Translations under genes and position numbers: made by a program | From: a virus | Length of the DNA: 64,000 bases | Reading direction: 5' to 3' (one strand) | Virus record (IMG/VR): IMGVR_UViG_3300001605_000008 | Location: 32,001-96,000 of that record | The notes under the pieces: generated by a model | The model's database searches: none | What the model was told of the DNA's origin: nothing | Seen by the model: only the letters and a program-made list of their open reading frames with translations | In this document: one piece after another, positions 20,202-30,516 of the stretch | Layout of the letters: every line of letters begins with the position of its first letter | How positions within the stretch are numbered: position 1 is the stretch's first letter

Positions 20202-20483
20202 TTATACCTGGCGGACAGATCTTGAACCTGAGCTTGCCGTGCCTATCTCTTGTGCTGTGTAGTTAGAACCTGTGATAGTGAGTTGATTGCCTACTCCTAC
20301 CCAGATTTCGCTGCTGGTATCGGCCGGGATCGATGCAGCATTGCTGTAGAGATTTCCGGTGTTAGGAGTACCAGTGATCATGTTGACCTGGAATGTGACT
20401 GCAGTATTCCCAGTACTGATACGGCATTTATCTGTATACCAGGATTGTGCAGATACTGATGTGTAAACGTTTGCTTGTGCCAT
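20202..20483 (-). CDS. Small beta-rich hypothetical virion protein
   Basis: 93-aa Ser/Thr/Gly-rich ORF in late cluster. Confidence 0.65.
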   Translation of the reverse strand: MAQANVYTSVSAQSWYTDKCRISTGNTAVTFQVNMITGTPNTGNLYSNAASIPADTSSEIWVGVGNQLTITGSNYTAQEIGTASSGSRSVRQV

Positions 20484-20500
20484 TTATTTTTCCTTGTGTT

Positions 20501-21412
20501 CTACCAAGCCCGACATGACCAATATCTGGCCTTGGTCTTGGGTCCTGGATTGTCGCAGTTGTGTCGAGCACGGAAACTTTTACGACGAGCAGGATTAGAT
20601 TTTTTGATCTTCATGTTGGGGTCACCAAAGTTGACTTTTTTCACATTGCCGGTCTTGGGATCTTTCACATAGACCTTGGATTTGGCCACATCACCGGCCA
20701 TGGGCTTGTTGAGCTTGACTTCGCGACCTTGGTATTTGGCTTCGTCTATGTCCTGACCACCAAACTCATCGATCAAACGATCCATTACTAGTTCTAACAA
20801 TTCTTCGTGATCGTCATCGTAGAGTTGATTATTAATGGAGATCTCGTCTGCTAGTTCTTGTACTATTTTGCCAGAAGGTGTGGTTGATGTCATAAGATCA
20901 TAGAGGGCATCGTAGTCTTGATTGTCAGCGATCTCACCAAGCTCAACAGCAATGCTTTTCATCACACCTTCATCTATGGTATCAACTGGATCTTGATCGC
21001 CTTGTGCGCCAACAGGTGCCAATGCAGCGGCTTTGTCTGCTAAGGGATCTGTGGTGTTGGCTTCGGTTTCACGGACGCCGGCTAATTCTAACACACGTGC
21101 GAACTCTTTTAGATCGTTGTTTTCTTCGTCGATGTCCACAGATGCCTGTTGTTCGGCCATGGTAAATCCTTGGCCACGATTTGATGCCACTGCTCCATAG
21201 CGTGCGATACGCTCACGCAGCATGCCGCGTGATGCCAGGGCTTGATAAGCAGATTCTGAAACTTCCACAGTGACAGATCCATCAACGCTGTCCGTTACTC
21301 GACCTTCCACCAGCTCGTCGGGGGAGATCTCGATGTCAAACTCGTCACCTTCCACGGGACCAGAGATATGTTGTTCGGCTTCGTTTATGTAATCTCGCAG
21401 GCTCCGTGTCAT
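20501..21412 (-). CDS. Putative internal head protein with basic Cys-containing C-terminal module
   Basis: MTRSLRDYINE N-terminus, acidic middle, C-terminal KSFRARHNC...KARYWSCRAW. Confidence 0.7.
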   Translation of the reverse strand: MTRSLRDYINEAEQHISGPVEGDEFDIEISPDELVEGRVTDSVDGSVTVEVSESAYQALASRGMLRERIARYGAVASNRGQGFTMAEQQASVDIDEENNDLKEFARVLELAGVRETEANTTDPLADKAAALAPVGAQGDQDPVDTIDEGVMKSIAVELGEIADNQDYDALYDLMTSTTPSGKIVQELADEISINNQLYDDDHEELLELVMDRLIDEFGGQDIDEAKYQGREVKLNKPMAGDVAKSKVYVKDPKTGNVKKVNFGDPNMKIKKSNPARRKSFRARHNCDNPGPKTKARYWSCRAW

Positions 21413-21414
21413 GA

Positions 21415-23211
21415 TCAGCCTTTGTAATTCTTATAAAGATCAGCCAAGCGTTGTTCAGTGTCTTCCTGGACCTGCTGCATGGTCTCGCCCAGATTCAGGG
21501 CCGCAGACCCCTTGCCTAGTTTAGACATGGCCAAGGGATTGTCGCCTGGATTGTTGGGGTTGATCTGTCGCTTGGGACCATTGAGTCCACCTGAGAGCTT
21601 GTTGAGTATGGTATCCATGTCAGCATAGGTCTCGTCTGGTGAGTTGGCCAGCTCTTCTTCCACCATGTCGCGTCCGGAGCATCCGGCTTCGTGCATGCCT
21701 TCGTGGCCGCCACATACTTCGCAGTCGCCCGAATCAGCTGCAGCAACATCCGAGTAACCACCGGAAGAAAACAAGCCTGCCATCTTCAGCAGCTCGCTGA
21801 GCTTTACAGCGTCTTCGTCAGTGGCCGTGACACTCACGCTGTTTTGTCCTTCGTCTGTGGCGTTGATTGAAATGTTCATGCCTTCTGTCAACACTGACTT
21901 GAGTTTGTTATCAAAGCTCTCGGCGAGTTGACTCTCGTATACACCTTTGCCAAACTGCATGTTCTTTTTGCTTTTGGGGGCATCAGCAGGTGCTGTGGCT
22001 ACTGATCCAGCAACCGTGGTTTCTTCCACCGACTCTTCTTTTTTCTTTTCAGGCAGACCTTTTTCCTTGGTCTTGGCAAACTTTTTCAGTTCACCAGTGG
22101 CCATCTGGGCCATCTCCTTGGAAGCACCGCGCAGTTCACTCTTAGGGATGTCGCCTTTCTTAGCAGCATAAGCGATGCCAGCAGCAGCTCTTTGTGCTTT
22201 GCTCACGGCCTTTTCCGCCACCATGGGTTGTTCTTCGGGGCGATTGGCTGCTAGATAATCGCGTGCAGAATCGATATACTCTTTGGCTAGAGTGATTTTC
22301 TTCTGTGCCCACTCTGGCAGATTCTCATCTGCATCAAGTATGCTCTGCAGTTCTTCGGCAGCGTCTTCGATGGTGCGCAGTTGGCTCAGGGCCATCTCGC
22401 CTTCCTCGTCGTACTCATCCCGGTCGTAGTCTTCTTCAAGCTCGCCTTCTTTAACTGATTTTTTGCTCCAGGCAGTGCGATCTGCCTTGCGGCTTTTTGC
22501 AGTCACACGTTCTTGGCGCGGCTTGTCGGCTGTGTACTTCTTGGGACGTCCGCGTCCGCGCTTTTCGCCATCGGCAGTTTTTTTAGCACCGGCCTTGGGA
22601 TTGCCCCACTGATCGTAGTCATCATCACTGCCTGTGTCATCATCATCGGCACGACGTGTGTGCTTTATGCCGGTGTCTGTTTTGGTTACAGTACCTTTGG
22701 AAGTGCGTAAAGTATCGCCTTTTTCAGCCCAGCGATCGAATTCATCCTTGTCCTTCATCTCACGTTCCATGACCTTCTCATCAGAAGTGTCACCAGTGAC
22801 TTTGTAGACTTTACCGTCCACTCGAAACGTAGGTTTGCCAGCTTTGATAGCTGCCATGCGTGCGCCTGTGAAGTCGTTGCCTTCTTCCATTTCGCCTTCT
22901 TCCACACTTTCCTTGGCACGCAGCTTGGCCAGCACAGCGCCGGCCACTTTCTCGCCGCGCTCTTTTGACCCATAACGCTCAGCAGCTGACTTGGCAATCT
23001 TCTCAAAGTTTTTGCCGGGCTTGCCAATATCTTTGCCAGCACGTGCGGCCTTGGCCGAATAAGATGCTTCTTCCATGCTCTCATCGACTTCTTTGGCGGC
23101 TTTTTTCATAGGCTCTTTGCGATCACCATCTTTGTCAAGATCCAGGAAGTCGGGTTTGCCTTTGCCTTCCAGCAGTGTCATTCGAGCGAGTATATCATAC
23201 ATGTTGTTCAT
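21415..23211 (-). CDS. Large charged modular protein, putative internal head polyprotein
   Basis: 598 aa, alternating basic and acidic modules separated by hydrophobic-x-E sites. Confidence 0.7.
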   Translation of the reverse strand: MNNMYDILARMTLLEGKGKPDFLDLDKDGDRKEPMKKAAKEVDESMEEASYSAKAARAGKDIGKPGKNFEKIAKSAAERYGSKERGEKVAGAVLAKLRAKESVEEGEMEEGNDFTGARMAAIKAGKPTFRVDGKVYKVTGDTSDEKVMEREMKDKDEFDRWAEKGDTLRTSKGTVTKTDTGIKHTRRADDDDTGSDDDYDQWGNPKAGAKKTADGEKRGRGRPKKYTADKPRQERVTAKSRKADRTAWSKKSVKEGELEEDYDRDEYDEEGEMALSQLRTIEDAAEELQSILDADENLPEWAQKKITLAKEYIDSARDYLAANRPEEQPMVAEKAVSKAQRAAAGIAYAAKKGDIPKSELRGASKEMAQMATGELKKFAKTKEKGLPEKKKEESVEETTVAGSVATAPADAPKSKKNMQFGKGVYESQLAESFDNKLKSVLTEGMNISINATDEGQNSVSVTATDEDAVKLSELLKMAGLFSSGGYSDVAAADSGDCEVCGGHEGMHEAGCSGRDMVEEELANSPDETYADMDTILNKLSGGLNGPKRQINPNNPGDNPLAMSKLGKGSAALNLGETMQQVQEDTEQRLADLYKNYKG

Positions 23212-23221
23212 TTGGTTGTCC

Positions 23222-23824
23222 TTATTTCTTGAAGCCAGTGGCTGGTCGTGGTGGCCGCTTGACAGCGGTCATGGGGCTTTTTACCCCCATGGGCAAGTCG
23301 TTTGTGGTTTCTGCTGATGGAGTTTTGCCGCCGGCCACGGTCCATACCGCATCAGCAGCTGAATTTTTTACTACTTGTTTGTCCACACCCACCGCTGAGT
23401 AATCTTTCTTGAGATCGTTCTGTTCTCGTGAATTGGCCGGATAAGGTGTGTTGAGTAGATCTTGATTTTGTTCTTCGATGCCCAAGAGCTCACGATCCAT
23501 GCCTTCTGACCAGCTCAGATCATTCATGCATAAACGATCGGGATCAAGTCCGCACAGCTCGGCCATTTGCGTGATCTGAGGAGGAGTGGCGGGATACCGG
23601 AATGTGACATCCATGATGTTCACTGACTCATTGGAGAAAGCCGGAAAGTCTGCGGGCTGACTCAAGATGGGTGTTTTTTTGACTTCACCGACCTTCACGG
23701 GATCAAACTTTTTGAGTTTCTCCCGGAAAGTTTTCATAAGTTCTGAGTCTACATCACCCACAATTTTTATGCGATAATCAAAGGTTTTTTCAGACTCAAT
23801 CAAATAATCTCGAAAGTTTTTCAT
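23222..23824 (-). CDS. Putative internal head protein (MKNFRDYLIE N-terminus)
   Basis: ORF with late motif at 23843-23848 and AGGA RBS. Confidence 0.7.
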   Translation of the reverse strand: MKNFRDYLIESEKTFDYRIKIVGDVDSELMKTFREKLKKFDPVKVGEVKKTPILSQPADFPAFSNESVNIMDVTFRYPATPPQITQMAELCGLDPDRLCMNDLSWSEGMDRELLGIEEQNQDLLNTPYPANSREQNDLKKDYSAVGVDKQVVKNSAADAVWTVAGGKTPSAETTNDLPMGVKSPMTAVKRPPRPATGFKK

Positions 23825-23845
23825 AGTTGGTATCCTGTGCTATAT

Positions 23846-24361
23846 TTAGTGTTTGTCAGGCGAATTGGAGTCGCCCGACAGTAGATGTCTCAGCAATTCA
23901 TTGCGATCCAATACATGCCCTTGGGCCGTGGGCAGCGATGCGTTGTTGTCTTCGCCGCTGTCACGATCCAGCTTGAGCTTTTTCATCTGGAGATCGATCA
24001 TCTTGAGTTTTTTGTTCATCTTGGCTGTTTTGGCTGTGATGGCGTGTCCCAGCATGGTGCTGGCCACAGAAAAGATTTCACTGGCGTATCTCGAGTCTAC
24101 CTGCATACCCAGATTCATGAGATCGTCAAAACTCTCCTGGGCTTTGCCAGCAAGGTCGTCCATTTCTTGATCCGACGCTTCCAGCCCTTTTACTGCTGGG
24201 AGGGCGGCTTCGATCTTGTCAATAGCTGCCAGAGTCTCTGGCAGGATGGGCAGGTTTGTCTCAATGTCGTTACCCGGCTCAGCAGGGTCGCTGTCTTCTG
24301 AGTTGTCGGAGTCGGGGAGGTTGAAGAGTTCTTCAAGTTTTCGGTTCGTGGGCAAGGTCAT
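23846..24361 (-). CDS. Probable terminase small subunit (gp16-like)
   Basis: Helical core DDLAGKAQESFDDLM...RYASEIFSVA...KLKMIDLQMKK resembles T4-like gp16; next to gp4-like gene. Confidence 0.55.
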   Translation of the reverse strand: MTLPTNRKLEELFNLPDSDNSEDSDPAEPGNDIETNLPILPETLAAIDKIEAALPAVKGLEASDQEMDDLAGKAQESFDDLMNLGMQVDSRYASEIFSVASTMLGHAITAKTAKMNKKLKMIDLQMKKLKLDRDSGEDNNASLPTAQGHVLDRNELLRHLLSGDSNSPDKH

Positions 24362-24369
24362 GCGGATAT

Positions 24370-24810
24370 TTACCGCTTTTTGCGACCACCATTATGGAAC
24401 AACTGGGTTTCATCCAGCACCCGGAAAACAATACCAGCACGTTTGCACCAGGCCGTGGCTGCAGCCCACTTGGCATGGTTGATCGCAACCACCATGCGAT
24501 CTCTCTCGCTCATTTTTCCTTCGATCATGGTCTGTTTGCGGGGTTTGATTTCAATAATCTCTGTGCAGATCTTGTTGTTCTTGGTGCGATATCTCAAGAA
24601 CACATCCGGTACATAGTTGGTGATCTTGCCTGTTATGGGATGGCGATACTTGACCACAATGGCTTCGCTGGCCCATTCTAATATGTGCTCGTTGTTGTCA
24701 CAAAAAGAAAAAAATGCATGTTCCCAGCCTGATCGATATCTGGGCTCGCCTCGCCCTACATATTTGTTTTTGTTGACGACGTGATATATGCCTTGTGCAA
24801 AATTAGCCAT
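24370..24810 (-). CDS. gp4: Head completion nuclease gp4-like (TnsA N-terminal-like)
   Basis: YRSGWE, WASE, YVPD, EIKP (PD-(D/E)xK). Confidence 0.85.
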   Translation of the reverse strand: MANFAQGIYHVVNKNKYVGRGEPRYRSGWEHAFFSFCDNNEHILEWASEAIVVKYRHPITGKITNYVPDVFLRYRTKNNKICTEIIEIKPRKQTMIEGKMSERDRMVVAINHAKWAAATAWCKRAGIVFRVLDETQLFHNGGRKKR

Positions 24811-25169
24811 TACGGTAAGACATTGCGTGCGGTATAATAGTTGGGAGTCACTGTGGAATTCACACCCAACAGTGTGGCAGGACTGCGGAGGCCGTTAAGA
24901 TAATAGGCCATGGTCGCCGTGAGCTGTATGGTATCCTGATCACGTATCTGATCCAGCAAAGTCAAGACCGGTGTGGCAGTTTCAGCAGAAATACGAAACA
25001 GCGTGGTAGTGAAATTTTGAGCTGCTGAACGATCACGGAATACCGATTCAAAATAACTGTTGACCGCATCGTAATCGCTGGCATTGACCTGCTGTTCAAA
25101 CTCGTAGAATCCATCAAATACTCTCACAGTTTGATCAACTCGGGGATTGACGTTGTTAACCGATGCCAT
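24810..25169 (-). CDS. Hypothetical tail/baseplate-associated protein
   Basis: 119-aa ORF translationally coupled to neighbours. Confidence 0.65.
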   Translation of the reverse strand: MASVNNVNPRVDQTVRVFDGFYEFEQQVNASDYDAVNSYFESVFRDRSAAQNFTTTLFRISAETATPVLTLLDQIRDQDTIQLTATMAYYLNGLRSPATLLGVNSTVTPNYYTARNVLP

Positions 25170-26308
25170 TATTCAGTGCTCCTAGGCGGTACAGGAAATA
25201 TTGGAGCATTCAAAAACTGCTGCACTGGTTGTGCCCTCACTGCACCAGGTATGGTGTTGCGCAGCACATCTTTAGTGGCGCCAATCAGCTCTTCTTTCAC
25301 AGCTGATTTGACATCTGTGCGTTTGTAAGTGTTGTAAGCAGTGCCGGCTTTTTGTATAGCACCGATCACTCCGGCCACGGATCCGGCCTGGAGATCTTGT
25401 ATGATACCAATGCCGGTGTCTAGCAATCCACCTTGCCCCAGCACAGACGATGTGCCACCAGGTCTGCCAATAGGACTGCGTACCTGATCGTAGTACTGCG
25501 GATTAGCAAAACCTTGTACATTGGTATCGGGCCTGGAAGCGCCTATCGCACCCGAATAGTATTTCACTGTTTCGTACTGTATGGTAAGATTGTTTTCCAT
25601 GATGCCATCGCCTTGGCTGTAGTCATAGGTATCATGATTCCACTCTGATATCATGGGATTGATCAGCACATATTCAACGAACTTGTGCTGATTGAAACCG
25701 TATATGGAGATATCACGGAAAAAAGCCGGCTTGCCACCTGGTGCCTGGGGATTCTGTGTAGAATCCTGATAGGTCTCACCAACATATCCCCAGTCATTTA
25801 CTACTCGATTGCCTTCGTAAATGTCCCGTGTGTTGTAACCAAATCCTGTGGCCTGTGTTTGTATAGAACCTATGCTGCCGTTGGTAGAGGTTTGTCCACG
25901 ATAAGGCTGATTGGGATCTTTGTAGTAATAAGCATAGTAATTGTACCAGAGATTGCGTATGAGATCGCCGCCGTCATCATGGAACGTACAACGAACTGGC
26001 TGATAATTTATTTTCTTCTGGATCAGACGTTTGCGATTGTACTGATTCATTACTTCTACGTCTAACTGATACTTGGGTAGATCTATGGTTTTGACCAACA
26101 TGCCCACGGTACTGGTATCAGTAGAGTTGAATATGTTGTCCAGCGATTTTATCTGCGTGGTATTGAGATTAAAGTACACATGGAACAGGAACTTGAGACG
26201 CGGAGCATTTTCGTACCCGTTGGTACGAAAAGTTTTGCTCGCATGAGTATAATCTTTGAGATAATCACTCCCAAAGAATGTTTTGAGGAAATCCTGCCCA
26301 AAGGCCAT
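25169..26308 (-). CDS. Tail tube-like paralog (gp48/gp54-type tube initiator)
   Basis: KFLFHVYF, VKTIDLPKY, CTFHDD tube-fold motifs; follows gp19. Confidence 0.6.
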   Translation of the reverse strand: MAFGQDFLKTFFGSDYLKDYTHASKTFRTNGYENAPRLKFLFHVYFNLNTTQIKSLDNIFNSTDTSTVGMLVKTIDLPKYQLDVEVMNQYNRKRLIQKKINYQPVRCTFHDDGGDLIRNLWYNYYAYYYKDPNQPYRGQTSTNGSIGSIQTQATGFGYNTRDIYEGNRVVNDWGYVGETYQDSTQNPQAPGGKPAFFRDISIYGFNQHKFVEYVLINPMISEWNHDTYDYSQGDGIMENNLTIQYETVKYYSGAIGASRPDTNVQGFANPQYYDQVRSPIGRPGGTSSVLGQGGLLDTGIGIIQDLQAGSVAGVIGAIQKAGTAYNTYKRTDVKSAVKEELIGATKDVLRNTIPGAVRAQPVQQFLNAPIFPVPPRSTE

Positions 26309-26315
26309 GACAGGA

Positions 26316-26933
26316 TTATCCCGTGATCACGTCGTTGACTGTTCTTCCCACAGCAGCGCCAACACCAGAACCCAGAGGAGTCTGCAAGGCGTTGTCAAAG
26401 CGTATGGTCATAGCGATGGTGACCGGAGCCGACTCACCGTAGTTGAGATCATTGTAGTTCACAGAAGTGAGATAGCAACCATACATTTCCCAAGTCTCTA
26501 GGACCACAGGCTCGGCTGTGCCGTTGCCACCGTCCAGGATCTCGCAGCGTGTGAGGAACTTGTAGTCGATGCCCGAAGCTGCTGAAGCCTGCTCCATGAA
26601 GTCCATTTGCTTTTGCAGTTGCTCGCCTACCAAGCGTGCGATCTGTCCAGACGCATCATCACGGAGATTGACAGTGATGTCTTCCCATGAGTGCTTGCCT
26701 GCCAGCTTGAGCTTGGAGTTGTAGACGTCGATGGTGATGTCATCAAAACTCACTGAAGGACGTGTAAAATCCATGACTTGCTTGGTGAGCTCGGTGCGCG
26801 GTGTTGAAACACCAAAGTTTTCAAATATCGCGCGGAAGCGGTATTTGAGTTTGGGCATGAGTAGGCCCTGATTTGGATTGCTCTGGTCACTTGCCAGGGG
26901 CACTGTCATTCTGGTTAACGATGAAACGGCCAT
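26316..26933 (-). CDS. gp19: Tail tube protein
   Basis: PKLKYRFR, KLAGKHSWEDITVNLRDD, WEMYGCY...YNDLNY, IRFDNA; follows sheath. Confidence 0.88.
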   Translation of the reverse strand: MAVSSLTRMTVPLASDQSNPNQGLLMPKLKYRFRAIFENFGVSTPRTELTKQVMDFTRPSVSFDDITIDVYNSKLKLAGKHSWEDITVNLRDDASGQIARLVGEQLQKQMDFMEQASAASGIDYKFLTRCEILDGGNGTAEPVVLETWEMYGCYLTSVNYNDLNYGESAPVTIAMTIRFDNALQTPLGSGVGAAVGRTVNDVITG

Positions 26934-26976
26934 AGTATGAATCTCCTATATGCAATTATTTATGGCGTGTGTGGTC

Positions 26977-27006
26977 AAAAAAAATGGGGGTCAAGGCCCC
27001 CATTTT
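26977..27006 (-). terminator. Intrinsic terminator after tail sheath gene
   Basis: Minus strand AAAATGGGGG-CCTTGA-CCCCCATTTT followed by a T run. Confidence 0.8.
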
Positions 27007-27023
27007 CTAGTCTAGCGATACCG

Positions 27024-30000
27024 TTAAACAGTGGCCGAGCTGGCGACCTGACCACTGGCAATCTCACCTGTGTTCTTGATCCGCAGAGGAATGTAGATAA
27101 ATTCAACTGCTTTCACGGGTTCGATCGCTATATCTACCCAAAGTTCATTGCGGTCGATACGTGCTGGTGTGTTGTTGGAAAGATCGCAAACCACCAGGTA
27201 GTCATAGATACCACGCTTGGCGATCAAGTCAATCATGAGACCATCAATTGCATTGGTGATCTCGTTACGAGTGATCTGATCGTTGGGCTCAAACACAAAG
27301 GTCTTGCCGATTTCTTCCAGGCGTCCACGAATAAATGCCACCAAACGTGCCACGTTGATGCGATCCAGAGCACTGGGTGAGGCGGCCTCGGTTTTGTTAC
27401 CGTAGTTGGTGATGCCCACTCCCGGGATAAACGTGATAGGATTGATACGATTGGTGTATAATACATCTCGCAGCCCTTGACCTGTGGCAATAGTTTCAAA
27501 CTCTCCGGTCTGGGCGTTGACGTATCCGATACGCTCGGCGTTGTCCACCACACCACGTCGTACACCTGCTGGTGCCAACCATGGGAAGCTGACTTCGTCT
27601 GACCGTATGATCGTGCGTATCATCATGTGGCTGGCAGGCTGTACCACGGGCGATCCTGACAGATCCGTGGTCTGGCAACTAGGATAGAACGTAGCCAGAT
27701 AAGGATCAGCAGTGACCAAGCCAGACTCAGAATCTGTACCTGTGCCAAATGAGTTGGTGGCCCAGGCATTGATGTCCTGTCCCACAGGTGGCAATCTCAG
27801 CGGAGTATCGCCTACAACGAATCCAGTGTTGCTGCGCTCGTTGTTGAGTGCTACCATGTTGATGATCAGTTCAGGATACTGGGGGCATGCCAAGAGATTG
27901 AACTCAACTTGTTCTTCTCTCAGGGTGTCCTGGGTATCGATTGCTTGTTTCATCGCTGCCACAACCAGCTGTCGCACTGCTTGGCGTCCCATGTAAGGCG
28001 ATCCGTCGTTGCGATTGCCTGATGCATTGACCCAGGCATTGGTTTCCAGCACACTCCAGAATGAAGTGTTGGTAGGTGCGTTGCCGGTGGAGTTTTGCAC
28101 GCAAACATAGATCACGGCATTGAACAATACCTTGTTGCCTACCACATATGACGTTGTGGCAGAGTACTGATCCACAGGGAATGTCTGTGCTGAGAACCAG
28201 TTGGCTTCAAACTTCTTGACATTGAAACCGGATCTCCGAGTGTTCCACAACAAAGTTCCTGCGGGATACAAAGTAGCATCGGGTGCATCAAGATCCAGAT
28301 AGCTGCTGCTCAACAAGCTCTGTATAGTAGGAATGTTGTCGGTGATGGGATCTGTGGTTCCATTAGGTGCCCAGCGTGCATCAGCAAACAATATACCGTT
28401 TTCTGTGCTCTGATCGGTGTTGTTGATAGTTACCCACTGCAACACACCATTGACTTCTTGCCAGCGGCGCAGCACAGGGTACAGTTCTAGATTGCTGACA
28501 TCGATCCAAAGATCTCCTTGTACCAATGGAGTTTCATCGCTCTGCTGCGTAGGAGCAGAAGCCGAAACGATGGGACCATTGGGATCTGTTTGTGTGAGAT
28601 TAAATCCGCGGATGTCGGGATTCAAGGTACGATACCCTACCCAGGCAGATCCGGTGTTGACCATGATGTCTGCTTGATTTGTTGCTGAATAGTACCAGAG
28701 TCTTCCTGTTGCAGGATCTTGATCTGGTTCTACAGCGCTGGCTGTGTACTCCAATACCACCCAGTCACTGAGCAAGAGTCCTGTACCTGATACATTGTCA
28801 CGCACGCCTTCAACCGAAGTGTTGAATCCTGCATCTGCGACCGGTGTTCCTGTAACATCAGCCAGTGCGATCACGCCACCCAGGCTATGGGTAAATGCTA
28901 TAGCTCCGTCTGATGTTATTGTAGCAGATACTGGCGCGCCCGAAGGCAGAGCTGCTGATACCGCTGTGACAAACGCAGCAGGTGTGGTACCAGAAACAGT
29001 AGCAGTCACAGCCGCAGTCAACGCATCACTGTTGGCAGTACTGTACTGGATGGTAAACTGAGTGTTGTTGATAAATGTTGGAGAAGTATTGTCCCCGGTG
29101 ATTACTGTAGCACCAGCTGTGAGTCTCTCAAATATTTTCAAAGTGAAAGTGTTGTTGTCGGCGCTTTCAGGATCGGTATTGTATTGTACATACAGCGTTC
29201 CTGCAGGGATATTGCGACCACCGCCAGCAGGGTCCAGGGCCTTGTTGGCAGTTTGATCATTGGCGTACACAGGAGCATCTTTGGCCACGAACAATCCCAG
29301 AGCAGCATCATATCGCTTGACTATGAGATCTGTGCCTTGATTGATGGGAGTAGTGACGTTCCAGATGGATCCTGTGGGACGAGCATCTGTGGTGCGCCAG
29401 GCCGGAACAGTAAAGTTAGGACTCTGCTGCAGGGCCGGGGTAGCATAGTTACCTGCAGAAATGCCCAGAGTTGCCAGCAGGCCAGCAGTGCTGCCTGTGC
29501 CGATCACTATACCACTGTTTGTTGTGCTGCCATCACCTTCGGAAGTGCTGTCGGCATAGATATTCAGTCGATTGCTGCTGTCACCTGCGGCAGTGACACC
29601 GGAGATGCCTGCTGCATTGATATCGTCCACTAGGCTGGCCAGTGTTTGTCCAGTCAGCGTGATAGTGCTGCCATTGATAACGATAACATTGCCCGCGGTC
29701 AGTGCATTACCAATCACCGAATTGGTGCCTTGGGCTGCGGGCCAGGAATTCTTCCAGTCATCTGTGCCTACCAGCACCCAGGTATTGGCCAAAACACCAG
29801 CTTCAGCATTTCCCGGGGTTTTGTAAAACACAGGATTGTTGGCATTGGTGGCGACCACAGCGTATTGCCCAATGCTACCAACATCTTGGCTAGGCACGCC
29901 GCTGGTGAGTTGTGTGGTATCTGTTATGACAATAGGTGTCTGCACAGAAAATGCGCCGGTGGTACGATTCCACTGAAAGATACCCCAGGCTGTGTTGGCA

Positions 30001-30416
30001 GTGTCCAACCACCAGGTGCCGTCGTTGGGCTCACCGGTAGGACGGATAAGAGTAGCTGTTAACTCGGCAAGATCGATGTCAGCACGCTGCACATAAGCAC
30101 GATTCGAAATGCCCAGAGCTGAATATGCTGCCAGCAAGCCATATTCATTGAGCTCATATCCATTGATGGGTGTGCCAGCGGATGTTTTGTAGAAAAATGG
30201 GTTACCGAATGTGGCAGCAAGATCTCGTTGGCTGGTGACCAAGTATACTCTGCCTGCGTTGGCAGCCAGTGTACCAGGGGCTACACCTATGCCGGTACCG
30301 GAGATTTTGTTCTGCGCCGTGGCCACCAAGATATACGGTACTGAATTGGTGGCTGCTGGAATATAATTCGATTCATCTATAACTGTGACTTCTACGCCCG
30401 GACTGATTAATGCCAT
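27024..30416 (-). CDS. gp18: Tail sheath protein with large insertions
   Basis: MALISPGVEVTVIDES N-terminus, FGNP, WLAPAGVRRG, INPI, RINVARL, EPND, PVKAVEFIYI C-terminus; 1130 aa. Confidence 0.95.
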   Translation of the reverse strand: MALISPGVEVTVIDESNYIPAATNSVPYILVATAQNKISGTGIGVAPGTLAANAGRVYLVTSQRDLAATFGNPFFYKTSAGTPINGYELNEYGLLAAYSALGISNRAYVQRADIDLAELTATLIRPTGEPNDGTWWLDTANTAWGIFQWNRTTGAFSVQTPIVITDTTQLTSGVPSQDVGSIGQYAVVATNANNPVFYKTPGNAEAGVLANTWVLVGTDDWKNSWPAAQGTNSVIGNALTAGNVIVINGSTITLTGQTLASLVDDINAAGISGVTAAGDSSNRLNIYADSTSEGDGSTTNSGIVIGTGSTAGLLATLGISAGNYATPALQQSPNFTVPAWRTTDARPTGSIWNVTTPINQGTDLIVKRYDAALGLFVAKDAPVYANDQTANKALDPAGGGRNIPAGTLYVQYNTDPESADNNTFTLKIFERLTAGATVITGDNTSPTFINNTQFTIQYSTANSDALTAAVTATVSGTTPAAFVTAVSAALPSGAPVSATITSDGAIAFTHSLGGVIALADVTGTPVADAGFNTSVEGVRDNVSGTGLLLSDWVVLEYTASAVEPDQDPATGRLWYYSATNQADIMVNTGSAWVGYRTLNPDIRGFNLTQTDPNGPIVSASAPTQQSDETPLVQGDLWIDVSNLELYPVLRRWQEVNGVLQWVTINNTDQSTENGILFADARWAPNGTTDPITDNIPTIQSLLSSSYLDLDAPDATLYPAGTLLWNTRRSGFNVKKFEANWFSAQTFPVDQYSATTSYVVGNKVLFNAVIYVCVQNSTGNAPTNTSFWSVLETNAWVNASGNRNDGSPYMGRQAVRQLVVAAMKQAIDTQDTLREEQVEFNLLACPQYPELIINMVALNNERSNTGFVVGDTPLRLPPVGQDINAWATNSFGTGTDSESGLVTADPYLATFYPSCQTTDLSGSPVVQPASHMMIRTIIRSDEVSFPWLAPAGVRRGVVDNAERIGYVNAQTGEFETIATGQGLRDVLYTNRINPITFIPGVGITNYGNKTEAASPSALDRINVARLVAFIRGRLEEIGKTFVFEPNDQITRNEITNAIDGLMIDLIAKRGIYDYLVVCDLSNNTPARIDRNELWVDIAIEPVKAVEFIYIPLRIKNTGEIASGQVASSATV

Positions 30417-30516
30417 GGTTGCATCCTTTTAAAAGAGTTACCAATATTTATGGATATCCTCAAAAGATGGCGGTTTACCGGTACCTTGATTAAGGTCTGC
30501 GTCTATAAATACCGTT

